From: a virus
DNA length: 64,000 nt
IMG/VR virus record: IMGVR_UViG_3300042894_006927
Span: 15,790-79,789 of that record
Direction: 5' to 3' (one strand)
Under the pieces are notes generated by a model, which ran no database searches, was not told where the DNA came from, and worked only from the letters and a program-made list of their open reading frames with translations. Positions within the stretch are counted from its first letter, which is position 1, and each line of letters begins with the position of its first letter. A program made the position numbers and the translations under genes. Below are positions 9,199-19,065 of this stretch, piece after piece.

Positions 9199-12100
9199 AT
9201 GGCTGACGAACAAAACATAAACGAGGAAGGAAACGCCCAAAATCCAAATTCTGCACCCGAAGTTGGAAATGACCCAAAGCCAAATGTTGAGGGGGATTTA
9301 GCGGCAGATATTTTAAGTACATCGGAAAGTTTAGACGACACCGAAAGCGAGGATTTTGATTTTCAAGATTCTTCTCAAAAACTTTATCCGTATAAGTCGG
9401 CAAGTAATAATCCGATAAAAGTGGGCGGGGCTTTTATCCCTTTAACGCTTACTGCTGAAACGACAACTGCTTTAAATAAAATGAAGGAAGCGGTTGGCGA
9501 CATTGATGCCTATATCGTTGAAAAACTCGGATATGACACGAAAACTGATGTTTGGCGTAGTTTCGCTTCCGAACAAATAGATGCCATTGCCTTGCAGATT
9601 TTTTCTTATGAAACCGATGGCTCTGCAATTATTTTGGGCGATATGGCGGGAACGGGAAAAGGAAGGGTTTGTGCGGGAATTTGTCGTTATGCGTATTTGC
9701 AGGGGCTTATGCCACTTTTTATTACTGAAAAAGCAAACCTATTTTCTGACTTTTACCGAGATTTAAACGACATTGGTGGATTTCCTAAACTAAACCACCC
9801 CGTAGCGGGTAATTTGCCCATTCCTTTGATTTTAAATGCGGGTTCAAAAGAAAAGATTGTAAATAAGGACAATTCAAGAATAAAGCCATCATCAAAAGCG
9901 GGTTCAAATGATATTTATGAGCCGAGAAAAAATATAGCGATGAGGTATGATGAAGTGCCGTTGTTATTTACCGCACAAAAGCAAGAAATACTATCTCGTT
10001 TTTACAAAAAAAACGAACTGCCCCGAAACTATCAGTTAATGGTTGCGACTTATTCACAATTTCAAGGAAAAGGAAGCGATTTAAGGGAGAAATTTGTCAA
10101 GAATAATGCAGATAAAATTTTTGTTATTTTAGATGAAAGCCACAACGCAGCAGGGGAATCTTCGGTTGGCAGATTTTTTCAAGAAATTTTGCCAATAGTT
10201 AATGGTGCTATGTTTTCGTCAGCAACCTACTCAAAAAGGGTTTCAAACTTAAAAATATATGCCCTGCGAAACGCTATGAGGCAGTTGGGTTCGATAAATT
10301 ATATTTCACAAGTTCTTGATAACGGCAGAGATAGATTAAATGAATACATTGCTACGGGTTTGGCAGAAGCAGGACATTTATTAAGAAGGGAAAGAAGTTT
10401 TGGAGATTGTCAGATAGACACGAAATTAGTTCAGAAAAGTGAGGAAGAAAGGATTTTTGAAGAATACGACAATGCCGTTAGGGGCTTCATTCAATTAAGG
10501 GATTTTTTGAAAAGTGATATTTACCAAAATGCCGTTGCTTCTTTAATTCAAGAAGTAATAGATAATTACAATTCGGAAAACAATACTTATATTTCAATAG
10601 CACCCGAATATGATAAAAATGCTCACGGAACGAGGGCAATGTATAATCAAAGATATACGGGGTTTTACACTCAATATGAAACATTTGGAATTGTAGGCAA
10701 AAACCATTTCAATTATATTGAGCAGTTATTGTTTAGCGTAAAAGCGGAATCCGTAGCAAAAATAGCAGTTGAAGAATTGCAAAGGAATCAGCCCGATGCC
10801 GATAGGGATGGTATTATTGCCAAAACAACTGACCCAATTCAACGACCAAAAAACTATACATTAGGTGCAACGAAACCAATCATTGCGGTTAAAAACACTC
10901 TTGAATCAATTTTTAAAAAGGTTGGAATTACGGAGGGCAAAATAGTGGATAGAGGGGATTTTGGTATTTACTTTCAGTATTTATTGGCATCAATTTATTC
11001 GGGAAGCGTAACCTTTAAAAAAATAGGTGGTAATAAACCCGAAACAATAACCTTTAAAGACCTTGAAATTAAAGTAACCCCCGATTCCACTTTAGATAGA
11101 GAACTCAAACGGGTAACTGAAATTCTTTTGGGATTAAAGTTTACTGCACCGCTTTCCCCTATTGACACAATAATTCAGAATGTTGAAAGTGAGAGGGCTA
11201 ATCAGCCAACGCCATTTTCTGCTATCGGGGATAATTTTACCTGCCGTGAAATTTCGGGAAGGAAAACAATGTTCATAAAGTTGCCCGATGGTAGATTTCA
11301 ATTAGTTAAAAACTCAAAAACCGAAAACAATGTTGCTTCGGCATTTCAAGCGTTTAACGATGGCAGAACTGACTTTTTAATCATAAATAAATCGGGTTCT
11401 ACGGGTGCTTCCGCACACTCAAGCCCACAATTTAAAGACACAAGACCGAGAACGCTTTTAATCCACCAAGTAGAGTTAAATGTTCAAACCGAAGTGCAAA
11501 AAAGGGGAAGGGTAAATAGAACGGGGCAGTTGTGGTTTCCGAGATACATTTACATCATTTCGCCTATTCCTTCCGAAACAAGGCGTATGATTATGCTTAT
11601 GCGTAAGTTGAAAACGCTTGATGCCCTTTCTTCGGGCAATCAAAAGCAATCAGAAGCAATGACAACAATTCAAAGTTCCGCAGGAGTTAAAATTCGGGAT
11701 TTTATCAATAAGTACGGGTGGAAGGCAGCAAGACCGATTTATTTAGAAATGCTTGGAAGGAATAGCGTAAACAATGATTCCAACGCTATTATATTAAACA
11801 ACGACCAAATTGCTTCATTAGAAAAATATAGTGAAGAAGATGAAAATGGAGAGGATGCTATGCAGTTGCTTATGCGATATATGGAATTGCAATTTACAAG
11901 TGTCCAAATTGAATTTTACAATAAATCGAATACCGCATATTTTGAATTGTATCAAAAAATGGATGAAAACGGCACTTGGGATTTGGACACCGAGTATCGT
12001 GATTTTCAAAGCGTAACAAGAAATAGGTTTGAACTTGTACCGCCAAAAGGAGAGGGCGTTTTTAATCAAGGCGTATATGTTGAGGATTGTGCGATTACTG

Positions 12101-14004
12101 CCGATGATAAGCGTTTGACAAAAGATACTTTAAAAAAGGAAATAGCAAAAGCACTTGACAATAATACCATTACTGAAAAAGTGAAAAAAGAAAGGGTATT
12201 AAAGTCAATAGAGCAGTCCAAAGAAACCTATCTTAATTATAGAGTAGAAATTTTTTGGGCTTCGGCTAATGTTAATTTGGGCTTAATCACCGATGATGAA
12301 GAAAGAAACGCAAAAAGGCAAGAATACGAGGAAAGGTTAGTTTCTGAAATACCAATTTGGGAATTTCCATTTGATAGGGCTTTGGCGTTAATAAATTCGT
12401 TAATTGGCATTAACAAAAACTACAACGCCCTTGATGTTATCGCTATGGAATCATCGCTTTTTACGGGTAGTGGTGGTGGTCAAAACAACATTTATGCAAG
12501 GGCTAAATGTATTGACATAAAAGTTGCCAAAATACCCGAAGATAGACCCGTAAAATACAATACTATTGCAGAATTTTCGGTTGTTTTCGCTTATTATGAT
12601 GGGCTTTCAACAAAAATTGAGGTAAATCTTTTTAATAGAGATTTTTATGAATTATTAAGTGCAATTACTATTGAACGAGAAAACGCAGAAATTGATGAAT
12701 GGCAAATCAGACAAAGAACGAGAGTTAATGCAAGGTTTCTAACGGGCAACCTATTTAGGGCGTATGCAATATCTTCAAACTACATAACCTACAACAACGA
12801 AAAAACAAGAATAGATAGAAACAAAATAATCGCTACGAGGAAAGATTTTGTTCGGTTTTCAGAGTATGGGGGTAGAGGTTTGAGGTACGGCATTAGATTA
12901 TACACGCAGAATCCAAATGTACCTAAATTAAAAGGGGAGATTTTTAGTGTGTTGCCACCAAAATTCGTTTCCTTTGATAGTGAGTATTTTATTGATTTAA
13001 TGTCGTCATACAAATATAGGGATGTCCTTGTAAAAGTTGATGCCGATACCCCACTATTATTTTTGGGGTTGAACGGATATGGTAATGGGCAATTTTTCGG
13101 AGGAATAGATAGGGAATTTGTAGTTGCTTTTTTTACAAAAGGAAGAAAAAAAGAAATAAACAACCCGTTTTTGCAGGATAGCGATTGGAGAAATAAAATG
13201 GGTTTAGGCAGGTATTTTTCGGAAGGTTATAGAACCCAATACCGAAGGAGTGCTGACCAAAGGTTTTCTTCTTTTGAGGTTACATACACGAACATCGGCT
13301 ATCATTTAACGAGAAGCGAAGCAGAATCGTTTTGCAAGTATTTAGCAAACTATTACACGATTGATTTGGCATTAGACACCAATGATGAAGGTTTGATAGA
13401 AGTAATTTCAGATGAAGATACTTTTTCTTCAAGCGGTTTTCAGACAATCGAAAGAGAAGCCCCCGATTTTGGGTTTGTTTTTGTTGGACATAACACAAAC
13501 GACCTATCTTCGCTTTTTGCGAACATTCCCGAAAGCAAACCTGCAATAAATCAAGGCGGTATTTGGCAAATTTATTTGTCTAAATTTCCTTCTGCATATC
13601 AACTGATGCAATATGATTTATGTGTTCCTAAAAATAGGGTAACACCTAAACTTGTAATTGACTTGATTTTAGAGGTTTTGGTTCAAGATGAAGCATTGAA
13701 ATATAGGTTTTTAAAAGAACTAAAAGACGCTATTAACGATGGCTCTGATGATGCCACTATCTACAACCGAACTTTCAATCTTATTTATCTTAAATTTAGC
13801 AATGAGGAAAGCATCTTCGGACTAAATACCGATATTGATGAAAGGGGGGAACTTTTGAGATTAGGGTTTGCAAATGCCGCAGACGAGGGGCAACCACTTG
13901 TTGCCGAAGAAGAATCCCGTTCCGAAATTAGGAAATTGGAGTTAAACCTTCTCAATGCTCAAAAATATATGATACTTTTAGAGTTTATGACGAAAAAAAT
14001 GTAA
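9199..14004 (+). CDS. Strawberry-notch/DarB-like SF2 helicase-domain protein
   Basis: EQIDAIAL, GDMAGTGKGR (Walker A), ILDESHN (Walker B), FSSATY, SGSTGASAH, QKRGRVNRTGQ (motif VI). Confidence 0.85.
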   Translation: MADEQNINEEGNAQNPNSAPEVGNDPKPNVEGDLAADILSTSESLDDTESEDFDFQDSSQKLYPYKSASNNPIKVGGAFIPLTLTAETTTALNKMKEAVGDIDAYIVEKLGYDTKTDVWRSFASEQIDAIALQIFSYETDGSAIILGDMAGTGKGRVCAGICRYAYLQGLMPLFITEKANLFSDFYRDLNDIGGFPKLNHPVAGNLPIPLILNAGSKEKIVNKDNSRIKPSSKAGSNDIYEPRKNIAMRYDEVPLLFTAQKQEILSRFYKKNELPRNYQLMVATYSQFQGKGSDLREKFVKNNADKIFVILDESHNAAGESSVGRFFQEILPIVNGAMFSSATYSKRVSNLKIYALRNAMRQLGSINYISQVLDNGRDRLNEYIATGLAEAGHLLRRERSFGDCQIDTKLVQKSEEERIFEEYDNAVRGFIQLRDFLKSDIYQNAVASLIQEVIDNYNSENNTYISIAPEYDKNAHGTRAMYNQRYTGFYTQYETFGIVGKNHFNYIEQLLFSVKAESVAKIAVEELQRNQPDADRDGIIAKTTDPIQRPKNYTLGATKPIIAVKNTLESIFKKVGITEGKIVDRGDFGIYFQYLLASIYSGSVTFKKIGGNKPETITFKDLEIKVTPDSTLDRELKRVTEILLGLKFTAPLSPIDTIIQNVESERANQPTPFSAIGDNFTCREISGRKTMFIKLPDGRFQLVKNSKTENNVASAFQAFNDGRTDFLIINKSGSTGASAHSSPQFKDTRPRTLLIHQVELNVQTEVQKRGRVNRTGQLWFPRYIYIISPIPSETRRMIMLMRKLKTLDALSSGNQKQSEAMTTIQSSAGVKIRDFINKYGWKAARPIYLEMLGRNSVNNDSNAIILNNDQIASLEKYSEEDENGEDAMQLLMRYMELQFTSVQIEFYNKSNTAYFELYQKMDENGTWDLDTEYRDFQSVTRNRFELVPPKGEGVFNQGVYVEDCAITADDKRLTKDTLKKEIAKALDNNTITEKVKKERVLKSIEQSKETYLNYRVEIFWASANVNLGLITDDEERNAKRQEYEERLVSEIPIWEFPFDRALALINSLIGINKNYNALDVIAMESSLFTGSGGGQNNIYARAKCIDIKVAKIPEDRPVKYNTIAEFSVVFAYYDGLSTKIEVNLFNRDFYELLSAITIERENAEIDEWQIRQRTRVNARFLTGNLFRAYAISSNYITYNNEKTRIDRNKIIATRKDFVRFSEYGGRGLRYGIRLYTQNPNVPKLKGEIFSVLPPKFVSFDSEYFIDLMSSYKYRDVLVKVDADTPLLFLGLNGYGNGQFFGGIDREFVVAFFTKGRKKEINNPFLQDSDWRNKMGLGRYFSEGYRTQYRRSADQRFSSFEVTYTNIGYHLTRSEAESFCKYLANYYTIDLALDTNDEGLIEVISDEDTFSSSGFQTIEREAPDFGFVFVGHNTNDLSSLFANIPESKPAINQGGIWQIYLSKFPSAYQLMQYDLCVPKNRVTPKLVIDLILEVLVQDEALKYRFLKELKDAINDGSDDATIYNRTFNLIYLKFSNEESIFGLNTDIDERGELLRLGFANAADEGQPLVAEEESRSEIRKLELNLLNAQKYMILLEFMTKKM

Positions 14005-14005
14005 A

Positions 14006-15337
14006 ATGTCAGCAACATCAGAAATAATTAAACAAAACCAAGAATTGCTTAAAAAAGCAATAGAAATTGCTATTAAAGATGCCCTTAAAGACATTAAATT
14101 GACTAAAGAGGACATTTCAGATGAACTTTTTTTAGACCTAATAAACATAGCAACTCAACGAGCAACAACAACAATACCTATGGGAGAAATTTCACTACCA
14201 CAAAGCAGGGCAGACGAGTGCCAAATATCTTTTAAAATTGACAAGCAAATTGCTTCAATTATTACTGACCTTAAACTCGGAAACAATGTTTATTTGTATG
14301 GTCTTGCGGGAACGGGAAAAACATACACCGCAGAAAAGGTCGCTGAACTTATGGGAATTTCAGCATACACAATAAATTGTTCTCAATGGACATCCCCGAC
14401 AATTATTGTTGGGGGGCAAACAATCGAAGGTTACAAAAACGGGCAACTTGAACTTGCGTGGAAAAATGGTGGGCTTTTAATCCTTGACGAGTTGCCAAAA
14501 CTTGACCCCAACACCGCAGGACTTTTAAACGATGCCCTTTCAAAAACGGGGAATCAGCCCGAAGTTTGTGAGATAAGCAAAGAAACCTACGACAAAGAAC
14601 GGGCAATGGGGGAAAGTGTAAAGTACGCATATTTCAAGGGAAAAGAAGCCATTGACTATTACGCAGATGCCCAAGCCAACAAGTATTACAAAGTAACCTT
14701 TCCAACAATCACAAGTGGTCGTGGGGAAATAATGAGAAAAGGCAAAAACTTTTGTGTTATTGCTTCGGGAAATACCGATATGATGAATCCAACATCAAAC
14801 TTTGGTGGTAATAACAAGCAAGATTACTCCCTTGTTGACCGATTTGCGGGTTCATATTACGAGGTAAGTTTTAATGAGCAACTTGAAATGTCGCTAACCT
14901 ACCAAGTAGTATTTTTGATTTGTAAGTCAATTCGTGAAATTTTAATTGCTGATAGAACAATCGAACAAGCAATTACTTTGCGTACAATGTTGAATTTCAA
15001 TCGAATCTATGAAAACCAAATGCTCAAATTGTTGGGCGTAAAAGAATATGGTTACAAGGGCATAGAGGTTGGCGGTATTGGAATTTTAGTAAAAACGCTG
15101 AAAGAAAGTTTTGATGCCTTTATTATGTTGCTTCCCGATACCCCCAAAAACGCAATACTTTCAGACCCAACGATTGATTCTTACATAAAAAATGCCACAA
15201 ACCGAGATTATCAGCAAACCTTTATGTTTGACTTTTTGAGGTTGAGAGGAATAACTTTGTGGGAAGCCCCTTTCAATAAACCAAAACCCGAAGATTCTTT
15301 TAAAAACATAATTGCCAATCAAACCATTAACCCATAA
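14006..15337 (+). CDS. MoxR/CbbQ-like AAA+ ATPase
   Basis: YLYGLAGTGKT, LLILDE, CVIASGNT, QDYSLVDRF. Confidence 0.85.
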   Translation: MSATSEIIKQNQELLKKAIEIAIKDALKDIKLTKEDISDELFLDLINIATQRATTTIPMGEISLPQSRADECQISFKIDKQIASIITDLKLGNNVYLYGLAGTGKTYTAEKVAELMGISAYTINCSQWTSPTIIVGGQTIEGYKNGQLELAWKNGGLLILDELPKLDPNTAGLLNDALSKTGNQPEVCEISKETYDKERAMGESVKYAYFKGKEAIDYYADAQANKYYKVTFPTITSGRGEIMRKGKNFCVIASGNTDMMNPTSNFGGNNKQDYSLVDRFAGSYYEVSFNEQLEMSLTYQVVFLICKSIREILIADRTIEQAITLRTMLNFNRIYENQMLKLLGVKEYGYKGIEVGGIGILVKTLKESFDAFIMLLPDTPKNAILSDPTIDSYIKNATNRDYQQTFMFDFLRLRGITLWEAPFNKPKPEDSFKNIIANQTINP

Positions 15338-15340
15338 ATT

Positions 15341-16642
15341 ATGAGGTTTGACGCTGAAAATTTTAACATAAACACAAATTTTGGTGCTTCTTGTAATCAA
15401 AGCAAGGATGTCTATGTTGGCATATTTGAAAACACCCAAGAACTCATAAATGAAATTTTGGGCGGTTATGATATTCAAGACCTTTCAAATAGGCGTTTAC
15501 CAAACGGGCTTAATGGCGATTTTTGGAGGCAATTTATTGAGAGGGATGTAAATAATAGCATAAACTTTTATGGTGGCACTCAAAACGATGATTTTGAATC
15601 TTTGTTTTTGAGAAAAAATTGGGGGCGAATGGATGAATTTAACAACATTTATGTAAATAGGATTCAGCCAATAATGCAACAAGTTTATAGGGATTTTTTA
15701 AGTCAAGGAAAAATAGAAAATCCCGAATTTGAGTACAACGATAGAGAACTTGGAAATTTTGCTTTTGAACGGGCATCAGTTGAGTTGTTGCCAATTTTTG
15801 AGTATTACGATGATAAGTTGGAGGTATCAGTTCCGCAAAAAAATGTTGAGGATAAAGGCGAAAAAACCTTCGATAAAACAAATGGCAACGAGGTTTTTTG
15901 GATTCCAAAATATGAGGACAAAAAAAAATCAAAACGGGCTTGTAAATTAAAAAAAGAGGGCAAACCAATATCTGAAATAATGTCAACGGAGGGGCTTCAA
16001 CCCCCAAAATATACAAGTTCAGTAAAAAAATCTTTTGTTTACAAAAAGGAAAAGCCAAAACTTAAAAAAGCGGTAAGGATTTTGCTTGACTTGTCTATTA
16101 TTGGGCGTAGAACTCCCGAACAAGCAATTTGGCGTGGATATGGTGCGGTTGGAATAATAAAATTTTTAGAAAGCGTTGGTTATGCCACATCGCTAATAGG
16201 TGTTGAAAGTACCGCATACGGAAGCGGAACAATAAGCCACGACCTTATTTGTGCCGTATTTTTAAAAAATTTTGGACAACCTTTGGACACATCAGAGTTG
16301 CTTTATGGGGCATCGGATGTTTCACTTGTCAGAGTAAAGTATTGGCTTTGGAATATGTTGGCGAGTAGTATGCTTAATAATAATGTTGGTGGAAGTCATG
16401 GGGGGATTATGTCGCATAATTGCGTTGTTTTCAATACATTCCGTTCAGTTGGTGCAAGATACGATAGGTTGTGGCAAGAGAATATAAATTCCTTTTCTAA
16501 CCGAAATACGGGAAATTTCCTTTACATTACTTTTGGGGATTGTTGGTCGGAAGATGAAATGATTGCCGAAATAAGAAGAAAAATAACCGATGTTTTAAAC
16601 ATAAACAACGAAGCGATACAATTTGCCCAAGCAAACCCCTAA
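15341..16642 (+). CDS. vWA-like partner of the MoxR ATPase
   Basis: Directly follows the AAA gene; VRILLDLS..RGYGAVGIIKFLESVGY pattern of phage vWA/CobT-like proteins; MIDAS degenerate. Confidence 0.55.
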   Translation: MRFDAENFNINTNFGASCNQSKDVYVGIFENTQELINEILGGYDIQDLSNRRLPNGLNGDFWRQFIERDVNNSINFYGGTQNDDFESLFLRKNWGRMDEFNNIYVNRIQPIMQQVYRDFLSQGKIENPEFEYNDRELGNFAFERASVELLPIFEYYDDKLEVSVPQKNVEDKGEKTFDKTNGNEVFWIPKYEDKKKSKRACKLKKEGKPISEIMSTEGLQPPKYTSSVKKSFVYKKEKPKLKKAVRILLDLSIIGRRTPEQAIWRGYGAVGIIKFLESVGYATSLIGVESTAYGSGTISHDLICAVFLKNFGQPLDTSELLYGASDVSLVRVKYWLWNMLASSMLNNNVGGSHGGIMSHNCVVFNTFRSVGARYDRLWQENINSFSNRNTGNFLYITFGDCWSEDEMIAEIRRKITDVLNINNEAIQFAQANP

Positions 16643-16651
16643 TTTTACGAT

Positions 16652-16912
16652 ATGGAAATTGCTGAACTGAAAAATAAAATAATGTTTGACTTGCTTTCCC
16701 GAAACAAGGAAAATATGGTTTTTTTATCGCCTAAACTTTGCTATTGTTTGGACTACCCCGACAAAATAATAGTTGAGTGCCAACAAGTTGAAATTACTCA
16801 AAGAAATAACGGCAGACCAAGAACAAAATTCTTTACCTATGATATTAGTGGGAATTACATTTCAGAAGAAATGCTATCAAAAGACGAAATAAATTCCTTG
16901 ATTGACTTATGA
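16652..16912 (+). CDS. Hypothetical protein
   Basis: 86-aa ORF in operon, overlapping the next start. Confidence 0.55.
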   Translation: MEIAELKNKIMFDLLSRNKENMVFLSPKLCYCLDYPDKIIVECQQVEITQRNNGRPRTKFFTYDISGNYISEEMLSKDEINSLIDL

Positions 16913-19065
16913 TTGATAAGCAAAAACTAATGAGTTTGACACAATTTGGTGTTTCGGAGAATGATATTAAAAGGTCGTTCCCCGAAACCTCTTATTTGTT
17001 TATTGCTTACGATGATGAAGGCGTTGTCCAATCAGTACAAAACATTCTCAATATAAATGAAACTTTTTTAATTGAAAAAATAAAGAGAGAAAGGGTAGCC
17101 AAACATTCAATACTGAAATATCCCTTTAATCCGCTAAATACGGCATTTTACAATTACTGCCTTTATATTTCAAGCCCTTCGGATAGAAGTGCTTTTGACA
17201 ATATGTATATTGGTTGGGTAAATGAATACTTAACAAAAAAAGAAAACGAAACAAAATTTGGAAATTCAGTTTATGAAATTGAGTTTTCGGGTTTAGATTC
17301 AGACATTCAAAAGTTTTGTTACGAATTTGTCTTGGATAACGAAAAAGGGGGAATGGTGCTTGACATTCTCTATTTGCTTCAAGCAAAATCAAAACTAATG
17401 GGTATGCCTTTGTTTGGAAAGATTATTTCAAAGGCGGTAACATCAGTTTATTTTGAGGGAATCGGTCTGCTTCCCGAATATGAAATCAGCAATATGCACT
17501 ACCTAATTGGGGGTTTTCAATCAAAAGTTGCCGACAAAGAAAAATTTGATGAAGCAAAAAAATTGGCAAGGCAGGGTATGGATATTGATGTTATTGCTTC
17601 AAAAACGGGTTGGATTTTAAATGCACCCGATGGTAAGCCCCGATTTGTGATTCCAAATGAAAAAGCAAATTGGAAAAAGGAAGCCCAACTTTATAGCGTA
17701 ACAAATTCCGAAATGATTTTGGCGTTAAAAGACCCAAGCGATAGAGTAAAAAATGATTTCGGTTTTGGATTTTCAAATAGTAGGCATCTATTAGAGTTTC
17801 CCAAACTCGGAGAAATTTTAGATTTTCCCGAATTATTCAACGCATATCCGCACTTTGAAAACATACCCATTTGCATTGGCGTTTCAAGAAGTTTAAGTGG
17901 CGGTACAAGAGGTGCTTTTTCGGACACCCCCGTAAAAAACATTTCTTCTATTCGTGAGGGGGATTGGAACGATGTTAGCAATTCAGTTTTAAGTACGCTT
18001 CTGCACGAAATACAACACGCAATCCAAGAGGAAGAAGGGTTTTCGGGAGGCGGGAACACTTTTTTTTCAAGGTTGGCTATGGCATCGGGGGTTGATTTTT
18101 ATAGAAAATATAGAATCATACTGAACGACTTTGAAAGTGTGTTCAAAGAAAGGGCTTTAAAAGAAAATGCTAAACAAGAGTTCCAAAGTGCTTTTCTTGA
18201 TAATCCTAATTTCAGCGAAATACACGATTATTTTAAGGGATTCTCAACAAGCGAATTGGGGCAATTTGCATCAATGTTTTCTTTTTGTTTCTTAATTATT
18301 TCATTGAGAAAGAACGAGCAAGAATTTATGAATTTTGCGAATACTGCGAGGGAGTTTATGTATGCTTTTAGCGGTATGGAAGAAACCCCCATATTTGCAA
18401 AATTGGTTAATTCTACGAAAGAAGTAAATGCTAAATATGACAATTTAAGAAGGGATTGGATTTCAAGGGGCTATGATGATAACGACTTAAATGCCATAAG
18501 TTATGCCTACTATTTATCTTTTGGCGGGGAGATTGAAAGCCGATATGTTCAGCAAAGTTTTTTCCAAAGAGTACCCGTAGAACTACAAAAAAAATTGAGG
18601 TTTTTGTCGTATGAAAACACGATTAACAACCTTTACATTTTTGACAAATCTTCTACTGCGGTAAAAAGCCAAAATGCCTTTGAAACTGCAAAAGGCAAAG
18701 GGGGCATATTACACCTTACAAAATCAGAAAACGCTTTTATTTTGCTTCACGAAGTAGGACACGCAGTTTATGATTTACTTATTAAGGCAAATTCATCAAA
18801 TGAAATTAAGTTTGTAAACGCCTTTGAAAACGAATCGGAAATTGTAAAAGAAAGGGGTTATTCCGAATTTTGTGCTAATTCTTTTGTTTCTTACTTGAAA
18901 AGGAAAAAAATTGAAGAACCCTTGACCAAGTATTTTAGATTGGAAGATAATATAGGGGTTGAACTTAATGCCCTTTTTGAAAAGTTTTTAAATTACGAGG
19001 TTGAAGATGATTATTCGGAAAAAGTAGAATTGTATCTTCAATATCTAAAAGAAATGCAAAAATGA
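16909..19065 (+). CDS. Large polyvalent protein: LPD23-like domain plus zincin metallopeptidase-like domains
   Basis: IASKTGW..DGKPRFVI, LGEILDFPELFNAYP, LLHEIQHAIQEEEGFSGGGN, GEIESR; second HExxH LLHEVGH. Confidence 0.75.
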   Translation: MIDKQKLMSLTQFGVSENDIKRSFPETSYLFIAYDDEGVVQSVQNILNINETFLIEKIKRERVAKHSILKYPFNPLNTAFYNYCLYISSPSDRSAFDNMYIGWVNEYLTKKENETKFGNSVYEIEFSGLDSDIQKFCYEFVLDNEKGGMVLDILYLLQAKSKLMGMPLFGKIISKAVTSVYFEGIGLLPEYEISNMHYLIGGFQSKVADKEKFDEAKKLARQGMDIDVIASKTGWILNAPDGKPRFVIPNEKANWKKEAQLYSVTNSEMILALKDPSDRVKNDFGFGFSNSRHLLEFPKLGEILDFPELFNAYPHFENIPICIGVSRSLSGGTRGAFSDTPVKNISSIREGDWNDVSNSVLSTLLHEIQHAIQEEEGFSGGGNTFFSRLAMASGVDFYRKYRIILNDFESVFKERALKENAKQEFQSAFLDNPNFSEIHDYFKGFSTSELGQFASMFSFCFLIISLRKNEQEFMNFANTAREFMYAFSGMEETPIFAKLVNSTKEVNAKYDNLRRDWISRGYDDNDLNAISYAYYLSFGGEIESRYVQQSFFQRVPVELQKKLRFLSYENTINNLYIFDKSSTAVKSQNAFETAKGKGGILHLTKSENAFILLHEVGHAVYDLLIKANSSNEIKFVNAFENESEIVKERGYSEFCANSFVSYLKRKKIEEPLTKYFRLEDNIGVELNALFEKFLNYEVEDDYSEKVELYLQYLKEMQK